A stretch of DNA of 64,000 nt from Herpetosiphon sp. NSE202 (GCF_042688385.1 NZ_JBHUPY010000007.1:2110-66109), one strand, 5' to 3'. Positions 36,136 through 46,011 are shown, numbered from the stretch's first letter. The notes: a model not told the origin generated them from the letters alone. A program made the numbers and translations.

Positions 36136-37119
36136 ATGAAACATGTGCAAGATATAGCGCAGCGGCTGGCGGCCAACGTCGAAAAGGTGATCATCGGCAA
36201 ACGTGCTGCGGTGGATTTAACTCTGATTGCCTTGTTGTGTCGCGGCCATGTGCTGTTGGAAGATGTGCCTGGCGTGGGCAAAACCACCCTTGCCAAAGCA
36301 ATTGCCCGCAGCATTGGCTGTAGCTTCAAGCGCATTCAGTTCACCCCCGATCTCTTGCCAACCGATGTCAGCGGGGTTTCGATTTTCAATCAAAAATCGG
36401 GCGAATTTGAGTTTCGACCTGGGCCAATTATCGCCAACTTAGTGCTGGCCGATGAAATTAATCGCGCTACGCCCAAAACCCAATCGGCCTTGCTCGAAAG
36501 CATGGAAGAAGGTCAATTGACTGTCGACGGCATCACCCGCCCATTGCCCCAGCCCTTCATCGTGCTCGCCACCCAAAATCCAATCGAATACGAAGGTACC
36601 TTTCCCTTGCCCGAAGCCCAACTCGACCGCTTTTTGCTGCGAATTACCTTGGGCTATCCCGCCAAGGCCGATGAATTGGCGATCTTGGAGAGCCAACGCA
36701 AAGCCCACCCAATCGATGCTTTAGATCAAGTCGTTACAATTGAAGAGTTGCAACAGCTGCAAGCTGAAATTCGCGATGTCTATGTCGATGAGCAGATCAA
36801 AGAATATATTGTGGCAATTACCACCGCCACCCGTAATAATAGCGATGTCTATCTTGGCGCTAGCCCGCGTGGCTCGTTGGCGCTCTATCGCACTGCCCAA
36901 GCCTTAGCGGCCTTGCAAGGCCGCGATTATGTTATTCCCGATGATATTAAAGTCTTGGTCAAACCTGTCTTAGCGCACCGCATGATCATCAGCCCTGCAG
37001 CACGGATTCGCAACATTCATGCAGACGAATTGATTCACCAAATTGTGAGCCAAGTGCCCGTACCAGGCGCACGCGCTGGGCGACGATATGAGCGGCAGCA
37101 GCCAGCGGTTGCACAATAG
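36136..37119 (+). CDS. MoxR-family AAA+ ATPase
   Basis: [23 protein letters not shown] (Walker A), [10 protein letters not shown] (Walker B). Confidence 0.9.
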   Translation: MKHVQDIAQRLAANVEKVIIGKRAAVDLTLIALLCRGHVLLEDVPGVGKTTLAKAIARSIGCSFKRIQFTPDLLPTDVSGVSIFNQKSGEFEFRPGPIIANLVLADEINRATPKTQSALLESMEEGQLTVDGITRPLPQPFIVLATQNPIEYEGTFPLPEAQLDRFLLRITLGYPAKADELAILESQRKAHPIDALDQVVTIEELQQLQAEIRDVYVDEQIKEYIVAITTATRNNSDVYLGASPRGSLALYRTAQALAALQGRDYVIPDDIKVLVKPVLAHRMIISPAARIRNIHADELIHQIVSQVPVPGARAGRRYERQQPAVAQ

Positions 37120-37128
37120 GGGCAGCAT

Positions 37129-38388
37129 ATGCGGGCATTAGGCATTCTCAGCTTGGCCGTCGTTCTATTTCTGACTGGGCTTTCGAGTAATATTCCCTTC
37201 TTTTATTACTTGACCTACACCCTGCTTGGGTTGTTGGTGATTGCCTATGCTTGGGCTTGGAGCAACCTCGAAGGCCTCGAGATTGAGCGCGAATCGAGCA
37301 CCACCCGCGCCCAAGTTGGCGAAACAGTGCGCGAACGCATCACCATTTACAATACCTGGCCATTGCCCAAGCTTTGGGTCGAAGTGCGCGATCACTCCGA
37401 TTTGCCGTCGCATGGCTCGGGCTTTGTGAGCTATATTCCAGGCCGAGAGAAACGACGTTGGATGGTGCGCACGCCCTGCACCTTGCGCGGCAAATGGCGC
37501 TTGGGGCCAGTTTCGGTACGCAGCGGCGATCCATTTGGTATCTTTCAACTGCACAAAATGGTCGATCTGACCCACGATCTCTTGGTCTATCCGGCAACCG
37601 TCGATTTGCCCAAATTCGAGTTACCAACTGCTGAGCTAATTGGCGGCCAAGATGTGCGTTCGCGCACGTTTCACGTTACGCCGAATGTTTCGACCGTGCG
37701 CCAATATGTGCCAGGCGATAGCTTCAACCGCATTCACTGGCGTTCAACCGCCCGTACTGGTGCGTTGATGGTCAAAGAGTTCGAGCTTGATCCCTCGGCA
37801 GATGTCTGGATCATCTTGGATATGGAAGAGCGTTTTCACCACGGCCAGCCCGATGCAGCGATTCCGGCGATTATCAAAAGCTTACAAGGCAAGATTGCAA
37901 TTCCCAATACCACCGAGGAATATAGCATTACCTTGGCAGCTTCGTTGGCCCGCCATTTGTTGCGGCTCAATCGCAGCGTCGGCTTATTGACCTACGGGGC
38001 ACAACGGGAAATTATTCTGCCTGAGCGCGAAGCTCGCCAGCTATATAAAATTTTAGAGCCATTGGCGATGCTGCATGCCACTAGCAACACCTCGTTAGCT
38101 GAATTATTGGCCGCTGAAAGCCAACGTTTTGGCCGTAATTCCTCGTTGTTGATCATCACGGCGGCGCTTGATGAGCGTTGGGTAGCGGCGGTACAACGCT
38201 TGGTCTATCGCGGTGCACGAGCTTCAATTATGTTTCTCGATGGCAAATCGTTTGGCGGCTGGCGCGACCCCGAGCCAACCTTTGCTCGCCTGGCCGAACT
38301 ACGGGTGCCAGTCTATCGCATTCATGCTGGCGATGGCTTAGATCGCGCCTTGGCCGAGCCAGCGATTCGCGCTATGGGGCGGAGTTAG
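37129..38388 (+). CDS. DUF58 (VWA-like) protein partnering MoxR
   Basis: VRQYVPGDSFNRIHWRSTARTGALMVKEFE is the DUF58 signature. It has N-terminal TM helices and lies immediately downstream of moxR. Confidence 0.85.
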   Translation: MRALGILSLAVVLFLTGLSSNIPFFYYLTYTLLGLLVIAYAWAWSNLEGLEIERESSTTRAQVGETVRERITIYNTWPLPKLWVEVRDHSDLPSHGSGFVSYIPGREKRRWMVRTPCTLRGKWRLGPVSVRSGDPFGIFQLHKMVDLTHDLLVYPATVDLPKFELPTAELIGGQDVRSRTFHVTPNVSTVRQYVPGDSFNRIHWRSTARTGALMVKEFELDPSADVWIILDMEERFHHGQPDAAIPAIIKSLQGKIAIPNTTEEYSITLAASLARHLLRLNRSVGLLTYGAQREIILPEREARQLYKILEPLAMLHATSNTSLAELLAAESQRFGRNSSLLIITAALDERWVAAVQRLVYRGARASIMFLDGKSFGGWRDPEPTFARLAELRVPVYRIHAGDGLDRALAEPAIRAMGRS

Positions 38389-38390
38389 CA

Positions 38391-39032
38391 ATGCCACACA
38401 ATCAACCAACTGTCGAATTACGCCCAGCCAACGCCAACGATTTGGCGATTTTGGGCGAATTGTTGCTCGATTTATATGATGCAGAATTGCCCGATTCGTT
38501 GCGTGGAGCCGATAGCCAACGCCAAGCCTTGTTGCGCTACACCTTGCATGCCAACAATTTTGCTGGCGTGCGCGGGCGCTATGTCGTGCGCAATCAAGCA
38601 GGCGAGATTGTCGGCATGGCAGGCATTCAATTCCCCAACGAGCCAGCCCCTGATCGAGTGCCACGCGGCACATTGAACATGGCGGTGCAATTGATTGGCC
38701 TGAAGCATACGCTGCATCTATTGAGCACCGTCGCGGCCTCGATGCTAATGCCACCACCAAAATTCAACCCCGACTATGCCTATATTCATGGGATTGTGGT
38801 GCGTGCCCAGCAGCGCGGCCAAGGCTATGGTGCGGCGATTATGCAGGCAGTTGAGCAGCAATTAGCGGCGCGCAAGGTTGCTGGCGCACAACTACAAGTG
38901 ATCGTTGATAACCAGCAAGCGGCCAAATTATACGAGCGCTTGGGCTATCGCACGGTCTATCGCTCACCAAAATGGCTCGATCGCGTGACGATTCCCAATA
39001 TTCTGATGCAAAAACCATTGACAACCGGCTAG
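38391..39032 (+). CDS. GNAT-family N-acetyltransferase
   Basis: GGAG sits 6 nt before the ATG at 38391. IHGIVVRAQQRGQGYGAAIM...LYERLGY. Confidence 0.75.
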   Translation: MPHNQPTVELRPANANDLAILGELLLDLYDAELPDSLRGADSQRQALLRYTLHANNFAGVRGRYVVRNQAGEIVGMAGIQFPNEPAPDRVPRGTLNMAVQLIGLKHTLHLLSTVAASMLMPPPKFNPDYAYIHGIVVRAQQRGQGYGAAIMQAVEQQLAARKVAGAQLQVIVDNQQAAKLYERLGYRTVYRSPKWLDRVTIPNILMQKPLTTG

Positions 39033-39062
39033 GCTAACCACATATGTTGAGGGAGGGAAATC

Positions 39063-39653
39063 ATGTACAAAATTTCAGCGGCGTTACCCGTTAAGCGCCA
39101 ACTACCACTATCAACCATAGGACTATGGATAGCGGCCCATCTGCCTGGCCTCTTTCTCATTGCTTGGCTCGCTCGGCTTGATGATGCAGCAATTCCTGAT
39201 ATTATGTTTATTCCATTAATGCTGATTGTATCTACTATCTTGATCCAAACTGGACAAGCAATGGTAATCAGCAAATTGACCAAAAAACGCCTATTTATTG
39301 CTTGGTGGCCGATTACGATCGTTTTATCGGTCGTGTTCCAACGCATGTTTGGCGCATCACTTTATTTTTTATGGCCATTTGCGACATTTCAAGCAACATT
39401 ATTTATAGCAATTGCCCAATTTATCATCGCAAAATACTATGGTTATACAATGCGTTTCTGGGTTGTGCTAAACCTTGGCGCATATGTTATGCATAAAGTG
39501 CTGCTCCATATTTTCGATTACTACAAGCATCTAGCAATATCAAACTATGCAGTTATGATTATCACAATTACAACCATGTTTATAACTAGCATAGGCTTAT
39601 TTTTTATCCAGCCAAACCACGAATCAAAATCAAGACTTAAAGGTTTGCTTTAA
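39063..39653 (+). CDS. Polytopic membrane protein, paralog A; the local sequence is AT-rich
   Basis: GAGGGAGGG RBS. Five or six TM helices. Motifs QTGQAMVISKLTKKR and C-terminal GLFFIQPNHES are shared with the downstream paralog. Confidence 0.6.
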   Translation: MYKISAALPVKRQLPLSTIGLWIAAHLPGLFLIAWLARLDDAAIPDIMFIPLMLIVSTILIQTGQAMVISKLTKKRLFIAWWPITIVLSVVFQRMFGASLYFLWPFATFQATLFIAIAQFIIAKYYGYTMRFWVVLNLGAYVMHKVLLHIFDYYKHLAISNYAVMIITITTMFITSIGLFFIQPNHESKSRLKGLL

Positions 39654-39718
39654 ACATACAACCAAAACAGAGTATATCCGCAAAACACAATCTAAATAAT
39701 TAAGCAAAGAGGTCGAGA

Positions 39719-40378
39719 ATGTATGAAGTTGCCCATGCCCGCTCACAACGACTGCGAATTCCAGTCGTCACATGGCTGTATTGGATTGGCGTGCATATTC
39801 CAGCGCTGCTTTTGAGTGTGTATAGTATGCTGTTTTTTGTGCAAGATCAGCCTGATGGCGGTGAAATTGTATATTTTGGATTATTTTTGCTTATGGAATT
39901 TGTTTGTATTGGAAGTATCAGCATTGGACAAGCTTGGATTTTGAAAAGAACAATTAATCCACAATTATTTTCATCATGGATTTCGAAAACAATGTTTACG
40001 GCCATGGGCTTTGGCATATTAAGTTTTATGCTGCAGCTTAATTCTATAATCGATAGAATGTATCAAACCCCTCGGACTATAGCTACAGTGCAACAGTTAT
40101 TACCTTCTCGATTAATCTTAATGACCCTGCTTGGTGGATTGATTGGTTTTGTTCAAGCACGAATTCTCCATAGCTATGGCTATCGTATGTGGCATTGGAT
40201 AGCAGTACAAGGGCTGAGTTATCTTTGTACAACGAGCATTATTGGCTGGTTGATGACCGATGTACGCTACATCTACTTAGCAGGAACAATTCCGATTGTT
40301 ATGGCTGGCGCTGGGATAATTAATAGTTTGGGGCTTTTTCTGATTCAGCCAATTCATAATCATGGGCAAAAACTATAA
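39719..40378 (+). CDS. Polytopic membrane protein, paralog B
   Basis: SIGQAWILKRT and C-terminal GLFLIQPIHNHGQ match paralog A. Six TM helices. Confidence 0.6.
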   Translation: MYEVAHARSQRLRIPVVTWLYWIGVHIPALLLSVYSMLFFVQDQPDGGEIVYFGLFLLMEFVCIGSISIGQAWILKRTINPQLFSSWISKTMFTAMGFGILSFMLQLNSIIDRMYQTPRTIATVQQLLPSRLILMTLLGGLIGFVQARILHSYGYRMWHWIAVQGLSYLCTTSIIGWLMTDVRYIYLAGTIPIVMAGAGIINSLGLFLIQPIHNHGQKL

Positions 40379-40405
40379 CCTAGCTGTAATAGTTCATTAC
40401 ACAGC

Positions 40406-40549
40406 CTGATCCCCTCACCCCAACCCCTCTCCCGTGGCGCGGGCGAGGGGCTTTAACTTCGTGGTTCTTGCGCAAAGCCTTGGTAAACACGGGTACTCCC
40501 CTCGCCCGCGTTCAGTGGGAGAGGGGCTGGGGGTGAGGGGAATCGATCA
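40406..40549. repeat. PE-family inverted-repeat element (canonical full copy)
   Basis: gatcccctcaccccaacccctctcccgtggcgcgggcgaggggctttaac...ctcgcccgcgttcagtgggagaggggctgggggtgagggg. Confidence 0.85.
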
Positions 40550-40575
40550 AGCGCTGATCCACGGTGGATTTTAAA

Positions 40576-41106
40576 TTAGGCCGACCAGCCCCAGCCAACC
40601 CCATCGGGCTTGGCAGCGGCACTGGGCATGGTGCGGGTCAAGCGCCAAACTTGACGGGTCGTTGGATCGGTAATTTGAAAAAGAGCTTGGGTTTCGGTTT
40701 GATCGATCAACAAAAATTCGAGGTTTAAATTTGAATGCGGATTATTGAGCCATTGCTCAATCTCTTGAATGTAGCGTTGAGGTTGCTGGGCAAAAAGCGC
40801 ATCGCCTTCGCCCAAGCCAAGGTTTGCCGCCTTGTGATCAAGCTCCAACATTATTGCGCTATTCAGCATATCGGCAATTTCGTGGGCACTGCTTTCCTCG
40901 CGATTGGTACGAATACACACATATTCGGCCAAATCGACCGGCTCGCCATGCTCTGCAACTGGGTGCAATGGAAACGTAGCCAAGGGGAAACCAAGCTGAT
41001 CGGGGTGGAGCGGTTCTGATACGGCGGTACAGACTTGCGAATCGGTCGCCGCAATCACCAACCATTGGTCGCTGGTTGGATGATGTAACAACATCCGGCG
41101 TTCCAT
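40576..41106 (-). CDS. Hypothetical protein (177 aa)
   Basis: GAGGAG sits 5 nt before the ATG at 41106. No recognisable motif. An AT-rich putative promoter region lies upstream (41107-41310). Confidence 0.5.
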   Translation of the reverse strand: MERRMLLHHPTSDQWLVIAATDSQVCTAVSEPLHPDQLGFPLATFPLHPVAEHGEPVDLAEYVCIRTNREESSAHEIADMLNSAIMLELDHKAANLGLGEGDALFAQQPQRYIQEIEQWLNNPHSNLNLEFLLIDQTETQALFQITDPTTRQVWRLTRTMPSAAAKPDGVGWGWSA

Positions 41107-41312
41107 AAAGACTCCTCTGCGCATCGTTGAGAAAGGAGAATCAACGTTATTTTGGATGTTTCTCGCAATGCGTGCTGTATTATAACCCAAGTTATAAAAA
41201 TAATTAATATATCGTTATGTATATAGCTCGCTACGGTAACATTCATCTGTGGCGTTAATACACCCAATTTGATATAGATTTGATCGATAAATAGCAAGAA
41301 CTGGCGCTTAAA

Positions 41313-41347
41313 ATAAAAATAACGTGGTAATCCACGTTATTTTTATC
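41313..41347 (-). terminator. Hairpin terminator for the upstream GNAT gene
   Basis: aaaataacgtgg-taat-ccacgttatttt is a perfect 12-bp stem flanked by T-runs on both strands. Confidence 0.6.
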
Positions 41348-41366
41348 AGTAACAACACGGATTAGG

Positions 41367-42251
41367 TTATTGTGCTACGACATCGCGACGTAAGCTAACC
41401 ATTTCATGAGATAAACGAAAGCCAACTTTTTCGTATAAACCGCGCGCCGTTGGATTATCTTGGTCAACAACTAATTCAAGTTCCTGAATCTCAGGTGCAC
41501 TAAAAATCCATTCCAAACAATGCTGCATAATCTTGGTGGCAATTCCACGGCCACGGGCAATCGGCGCAACACCAACAAATTCAATCCCTGCTTCGGCAAA
41601 TTCTGGTTGGCGCTCAGTATGAATATAGCCCAACAATTGTTCACCGTCACGCATAATAAATACTTGACGATCCTGATTAATTCGTTCGAGAATTTGGCTG
41701 CCGCTATAGTAAGTTTGGGGGAATAATTGATCATGCAATTCGCAGAAGGCTGCGTGTAATTCTGCTGGCAACGCTTCAACATCACTCTCGGTTGCATGAT
41801 CAGTTAATTGTGAACGTTTGTAGGCCAGAATTGCGTGGGTATTGCGCTGGTAAAATTGCTGACGCGCAGCCCAATCGCGTACAAATTGATTTTGCAAATT
41901 GCAAAACATATCAATCATGGTGACATGGGGCTTAAGTTCGGGCAATAATTCAGCCAGCAAGCGATCTGCAAGCTCAAAGCGCTCAGCGCCCAAGGCAATT
42001 GGCCCCCATAAGAAAGCACGGCCAGTATCCGAAATTTGCTCAAGGCCCATCAAGCCTTGCAATTGTTCATCGGCGCTAGCCAAAGCAAATTGCTGCTCAA
42101 TTGGGGCTTCTAGCTCACGCCATGTTTGGGCAATTTGGTCGGCTTGCGCGCCAGCAAAACCCAAGTGGGTGCTTGGTTCGCCCTGAAATTGGGCCATAAA
42201 CGCGGCTGCTTGGTCAATCTGGGCTGGTTGCATACGGCTAATCGTTGGCAT
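41367..42251 (-). CDS. GNAT-family N-acetyltransferase with an N-terminal extension
   Basis: GVAPIARGRGIATKIMQHCLEWIF...LYEKVGFR. Confidence 0.75.
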   Translation of the reverse strand: MPTISRMQPAQIDQAAAFMAQFQGEPSTHLGFAGAQADQIAQTWRELEAPIEQQFALASADEQLQGLMGLEQISDTGRAFLWGPIALGAERFELADRLLAELLPELKPHVTMIDMFCNLQNQFVRDWAARQQFYQRNTHAILAYKRSQLTDHATESDVEALPAELHAAFCELHDQLFPQTYYSGSQILERINQDRQVFIMRDGEQLLGYIHTERQPEFAEAGIEFVGVAPIARGRGIATKIMQHCLEWIFSAPEIQELELVVDQDNPTARGLYEKVGFRLSHEMVSLRRDVVAQ

Positions 42252-42302
42252 CTATCTACCTCACATTCGGCTAATTTGGTACTACGCTATTTTGTTGGTA
42301 TC

Positions 42303-43373
42303 ATGGCCAAACGAGATCATTCGTTGGATGGATTGGAGCGTACAGCGGTGGGAGCATGGAATATCATCGGAAATGAGTGGGCGGTCGAATTATTGCGCTT
42401 GGCAATTGCCCGTCATTCGGCCAGCCATGCCTATTTGCTCACCGGTTTGCCCAATATTGGCAAAGCAACCTTGGCCTTGCACATCGCCCAAGCGCTCAAT
42501 TGTGAGCACAACAATGGCGATGTTTGCGGTGAATGTCGCGCCTGCAAACGCATCGCCAAAGGTAATTTTCCCGATGTGCGGATTGTTGGCTTGGCCGAAC
42601 AAGCAGCCCAACAAAAAGCCAGCGAAAGCGTCAAAACCCGCTTGGGCATTGACACCGTGCGCGAATGGCAGGCCGATATTGCCCTGCGACCCTACGAAGG
42701 GCGACGGCGGGTTTTTATTATGCACGATGCTGAAACCATGACCGAACAAGCAGCCAATGCCTTGCTCAAAACCCTTGAAGAACCACCACCGTTTGCCACC
42801 TTGATTTTGGTTGCCAATAGCGCTGGCGATTTGTTGCCAACAATCACCTCACGCTGCCATGTGCTGAAATTGCGCCCAGTGCCACGCCAACAAGTGACCC
42901 AAGCATTAATCGAACGTTGGCAGATTGCGCCCGCCGATGCGGCGATTGTGGCCGCTTGGAGCGCAGGCCGCATTGGCTGGGCCGCGACGGTTGCCCAATC
43001 GCCCGACCTACTGCAAGCCCGCTCCGAACAACTTGAGAGTTTGATCGAATTGCCAAGTAAGCCATTGGTCGAGCGCTTCAAATGGGCCGAAAGCTGGAGC
43101 AAAGCCAATCGCGAGCGCGATGAACTTTTTGCCATGCTCGAATTATGGCAAGTGTGGTGGCGCGACGTGCTGCTGACCGCCGCTGGCACGCAACAAGGCC
43201 TAATTAATATCGATCGGGTTGAGGATTTGCAAGACCTCGCTCGCCTGCCCTTGCCAGCAATTCATAAAACGCTCAAAGGCATCAACGATGCAGTGACCCA
43301 AATTCGCGAGAATGTCAGCCCTCAATTGGCGCTCGAAGGGGTTTTGCTCAATTTAGCTGGAGCGAAGGGGTAG
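42303..43373 (+). CDS. holB: DNA polymerase III delta-prime subunit
   Basis: HAYLLTGLPNIGKATLALHIAQALNCE...CGECRACKRI is the Cys4 zinc module, followed by the RFC-like box VFIMHDAETM. Confidence 0.8.
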   Translation: MAKRDHSLDGLERTAVGAWNIIGNEWAVELLRLAIARHSASHAYLLTGLPNIGKATLALHIAQALNCEHNNGDVCGECRACKRIAKGNFPDVRIVGLAEQAAQQKASESVKTRLGIDTVREWQADIALRPYEGRRRVFIMHDAETMTEQAANALLKTLEEPPPFATLILVANSAGDLLPTITSRCHVLKLRPVPRQQVTQALIERWQIAPADAAIVAAWSAGRIGWAATVAQSPDLLQARSEQLESLIELPSKPLVERFKWAESWSKANRERDELFAMLELWQVWWRDVLLTAAGTQQGLINIDRVEDLQDLARLPLPAIHKTLKGINDAVTQIRENVSPQLALEGVLLNLAGAKG

Positions 43374-43375
43374 CG

Positions 43376-43570
43376 TTTGATCCACGAAGGGAACGAAGAG
43401 CACGAAGGACGGAAACCGCGAAGGACGCGAAGGACGCGAAGATGGGCTTTTGGCTCTAGGATTCATCCTTCATCCTTCGCTTCTCTGCGCCTCTGCGTTA
43501 AAAATTTGTCCACGAATTGCCCGAAGCATGTTCCGATAGCCTACAGCCTTGGATTCTAGTTCCTGAACCT
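43376..43570. repeat. Word-mosaic element
   Basis: gatccacgaaggg, cgaag/cgcgaag runs, ttcatccttcatcc, ctctgcgcctctgcgttaaaaa, catagcctacagcc. Confidence 0.75.
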
Positions 43571-43591
43571 TCCAAGAGTAGGTTGTTAAGA

Positions 43592-43730
43592 TCCCCTCAC
43601 CCCAACCCCTCTCCCGTGGCGCGGGCGAGGGGCTTTCATACTGTGGTTTTGCAACGATTCTTCGTTAATACTACGGCTCCCCCTCGCCCGCGTTCAGTGG
43701 GCGAGGGGGTTGGGGGTGAGGGGGCAAACC
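43592..43730. repeat. PE-family element, followed by (gttctatg)n at 43745-43785
   Basis: Canonical left arm and right arm ctcgcccgcgttcagtgggcgagggggttgggggtgaggg. Confidence 0.8.
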
Positions 43731-43788
43731 GTCTTTAATGCCATGCCCCCTATGTTCTATGTTCTATGCTCTATGTTCTATGTTCTTA

Positions 43789-44820
43789 TCACGGAACCCG
43801 CGTCATGCCGCCGATATCGCCTGGTTCTTCGATTAGAACTGGTGGATTGCCCGCCAAATCCATCTGCCAAAGGCCAGAGAACGTCCAAACATACAATAGC
43901 GAACCATCGAGCACAATCCGCGGATCTTCGAAGATTTCGCGATTGACTGCTTTGCCTTGGCCAGATGCAACATCGACCGACCAGACTTGCCAACCCAACC
44001 CATGCGCCGCCGCAGGCTTGACAAACCAATCGACCCAACTTGGCTGGCGTTGGCTAAGTGTCAACGGGCTTGCGGCCAGATAAATCGTTTTGCCATCTGG
44101 CGACCAAATCGGCGCTTCCAAGGCACTGACCAATTCTGGTTGGTCAAACAACACCCGTTCTTGCTTGGTTTGGAGATCGTAGAGATAGAGGGTTGGATAA
44201 ATGCCATCACGGGTGCGCACAAACGCCATTTGCCTGCCATCTGGCGAAATCGCAGGAAAGGTTCCGGTCATAACGATGGTTTGTTGCGTGCTGCTAGCAA
44301 CATCAATTGCGACGATTGAACTCCCAGATTGCAAAAAGACCCCATCGTTATCAAAGCGCAAGGTCTGATACACGCCATACAAGGTTTTGCCATCTGGCGA
44401 CCAAACCGGCGTATCGAGTGAATCATAAATTTGCTGGCCATCGCGTTTGCCAGCCTCGGGCACAAACAACGCTTTGCTGGCTCCGCCAGCAACCGAAAGT
44501 TGGTTGGCGTGATTGACTGGAACCACAAATGGCTGTTCTGCGCTTGGGGTTGGAACAGGAGGCCGATACGAATAGACCACGCTTTTGCCATCGGGGGCAA
44601 TGCTGGGGAAGGTTGAATAGGCATTGGGCGCTTCGTTGGTTAATTGCGTCCACTGTTTAGCGGGCAAATCGAAGCGCCACAAATCACCACCGCGCGAGAT
44701 AATCAGCGAAATAGTGCCAAGCGTGGGAGCAGCGGCAGCTGGCGGCGTGGCCGTCGGCGAGCTAGCAGCCCCACAACTCGACAAGAGAATACAAACAAGA
44801 ACACAAATCATGAATCGCAT
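43789..44820 (-). CDS. TolB-like PD40 beta-propeller lipoprotein
   Basis: Signal peptide plus lipobox LLSSCG. Repeated [VI]WSPDGKT motifs. Confidence 0.7.
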   Translation of the reverse strand: MRFMICVLVCILLSSCGAASSPTATPPAAAAPTLGTISLIISRGGDLWRFDLPAKQWTQLTNEAPNAYSTFPSIAPDGKSVVYSYRPPVPTPSAEQPFVVPVNHANQLSVAGGASKALFVPEAGKRDGQQIYDSLDTPVWSPDGKTLYGVYQTLRFDNDGVFLQSGSSIVAIDVASSTQQTIVMTGTFPAISPDGRQMAFVRTRDGIYPTLYLYDLQTKQERVLFDQPELVSALEAPIWSPDGKTIYLAASPLTLSQRQPSWVDWFVKPAAAHGLGWQVWSVDVASGQGKAVNREIFEDPRIVLDGSLLYVWTFSGLWQMDLAGNPPVLIEEPGDIGGMTRVP

Positions 44821-44823
44821 GCA

Positions 44824-45900
44824 TTATCGCTCGCGGAGATAGAGCGCGATATCAGTGCCTTGATTATTGCGCGGATCGATATAGGCCTTAGGAATAAACC
44901 CAACTCGCTCGAAACCTGCTTGCTCATAGGCCGCAGGCAACGCCGGATGATCAAGCGGCACATGCCCGATCAACTGGTTGGCAAAATGGTTGGCTGGTAA
45001 TTGGCGCAGCATTTCATTCAACAATATCGGTGCTTGCTCGATATGGCCTGCGGCCAAATAACAATCAACCAAAAGCTGATGTTGCTGGTAATAGGGGTTT
45101 GGCCATGGATAAACTGGTGGCATAATGCTGCCCCAGCCAACAATCGCCCCGCTAGCTGCGGTCAGGCCCGTTAATACCGCCACATCGCCCTCTTGCTGCT
45201 CGAAGGCTGGAAAGAAATCGTCGGCTCCAATGTTGGCATCACCAAGCATTTGCAAGCCGTAATGGCGCACAATCCGATTATCGGGCGCATTGAACAACGA
45301 TAATAACAATGGCACATCGGCCCGATCCGATGATCGCATAAAGACCGCGGTACTGGGCGCAAATAAATGCTTGAGGAAGTTTTCGGGCGAATCGCCATCG
45401 CTAATGCGCCATGCAATGCGATTGCCTGTGCGGCTACTTTCGCTCTCATTAATCGTCACAAAATGATACTGCTCATAAAACGACATGGCACTATCATTAT
45501 GTTCAGTGCTAATAATCAGCGCTTGGCCGCCACTTGCCTCAAAATCGTTAATCGCCAACTTCAACAACTTACTAGCCAAGCCCCGGCGACGATACGGCTC
45601 AGCTGTATAGACCCGATGAATCGAACCCAATTGTGGACAGAATTTTGAACGACACAGCAGCATAGCGCTCACAGGCCGTCCCTGCACTTGGGCCAAATAC
45701 CATACATCTTGGCTAAAGCGCAGCCCAACAAGGCGCAGGTGCATATCAAATGACCAACGCCATGCTACCGCCGGATCTTCACCCCATCGGTGATAAAGCT
45801 CCTCAAGCGGTTGGGCAAATTCAGAAGCAAGCGGTTGGATGCGCGAGAGGACTGCCTCAGTTCCTGCACCCAGAGCAATCCGCGCAACTTCTTCGTACAT
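44824..45900 (-). CDS. Tandem-GNAT acetyltransferase (two GNAT lobes)
   Basis: GGAGGG sits 8 nt before the ATG at 45900. VYTAEPYRRRGLASKLL is a motif A; a second lobe has MPPVYPWPN.. Confidence 0.65.
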   Translation of the reverse strand: MYEEVARIALGAGTEAVLSRIQPLASEFAQPLEELYHRWGEDPAVAWRWSFDMHLRLVGLRFSQDVWYLAQVQGRPVSAMLLCRSKFCPQLGSIHRVYTAEPYRRRGLASKLLKLAINDFEASGGQALIISTEHNDSAMSFYEQYHFVTINESESSRTGNRIAWRISDGDSPENFLKHLFAPSTAVFMRSSDRADVPLLLSLFNAPDNRIVRHYGLQMLGDANIGADDFFPAFEQQEGDVAVLTGLTAASGAIVGWGSIMPPVYPWPNPYYQQHQLLVDCYLAAGHIEQAPILLNEMLRQLPANHFANQLIGHVPLDHPALPAAYEQAGFERVGFIPKAYIDPRNNQGTDIALYLRER

Positions 45901-46011
45901 CAGCGACCCTCCAAGCTCGATAGCTCGTCTGTTGGTCGCATCATACTCTAGGCCTCGCTGCTTGTCCACTACAGCCGATAGCGCAGAGATTGCGACGACC
46001 CATGTCCGATC

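Noticed and set aside
38178-38390. Upstream part of ORF 38178..39032 overlapping the DUF58 gene
   Set aside because: It is out of frame with the DUF58 gene. The GNAT homology begins at the ATG at 38391, which has a GGAG SD.
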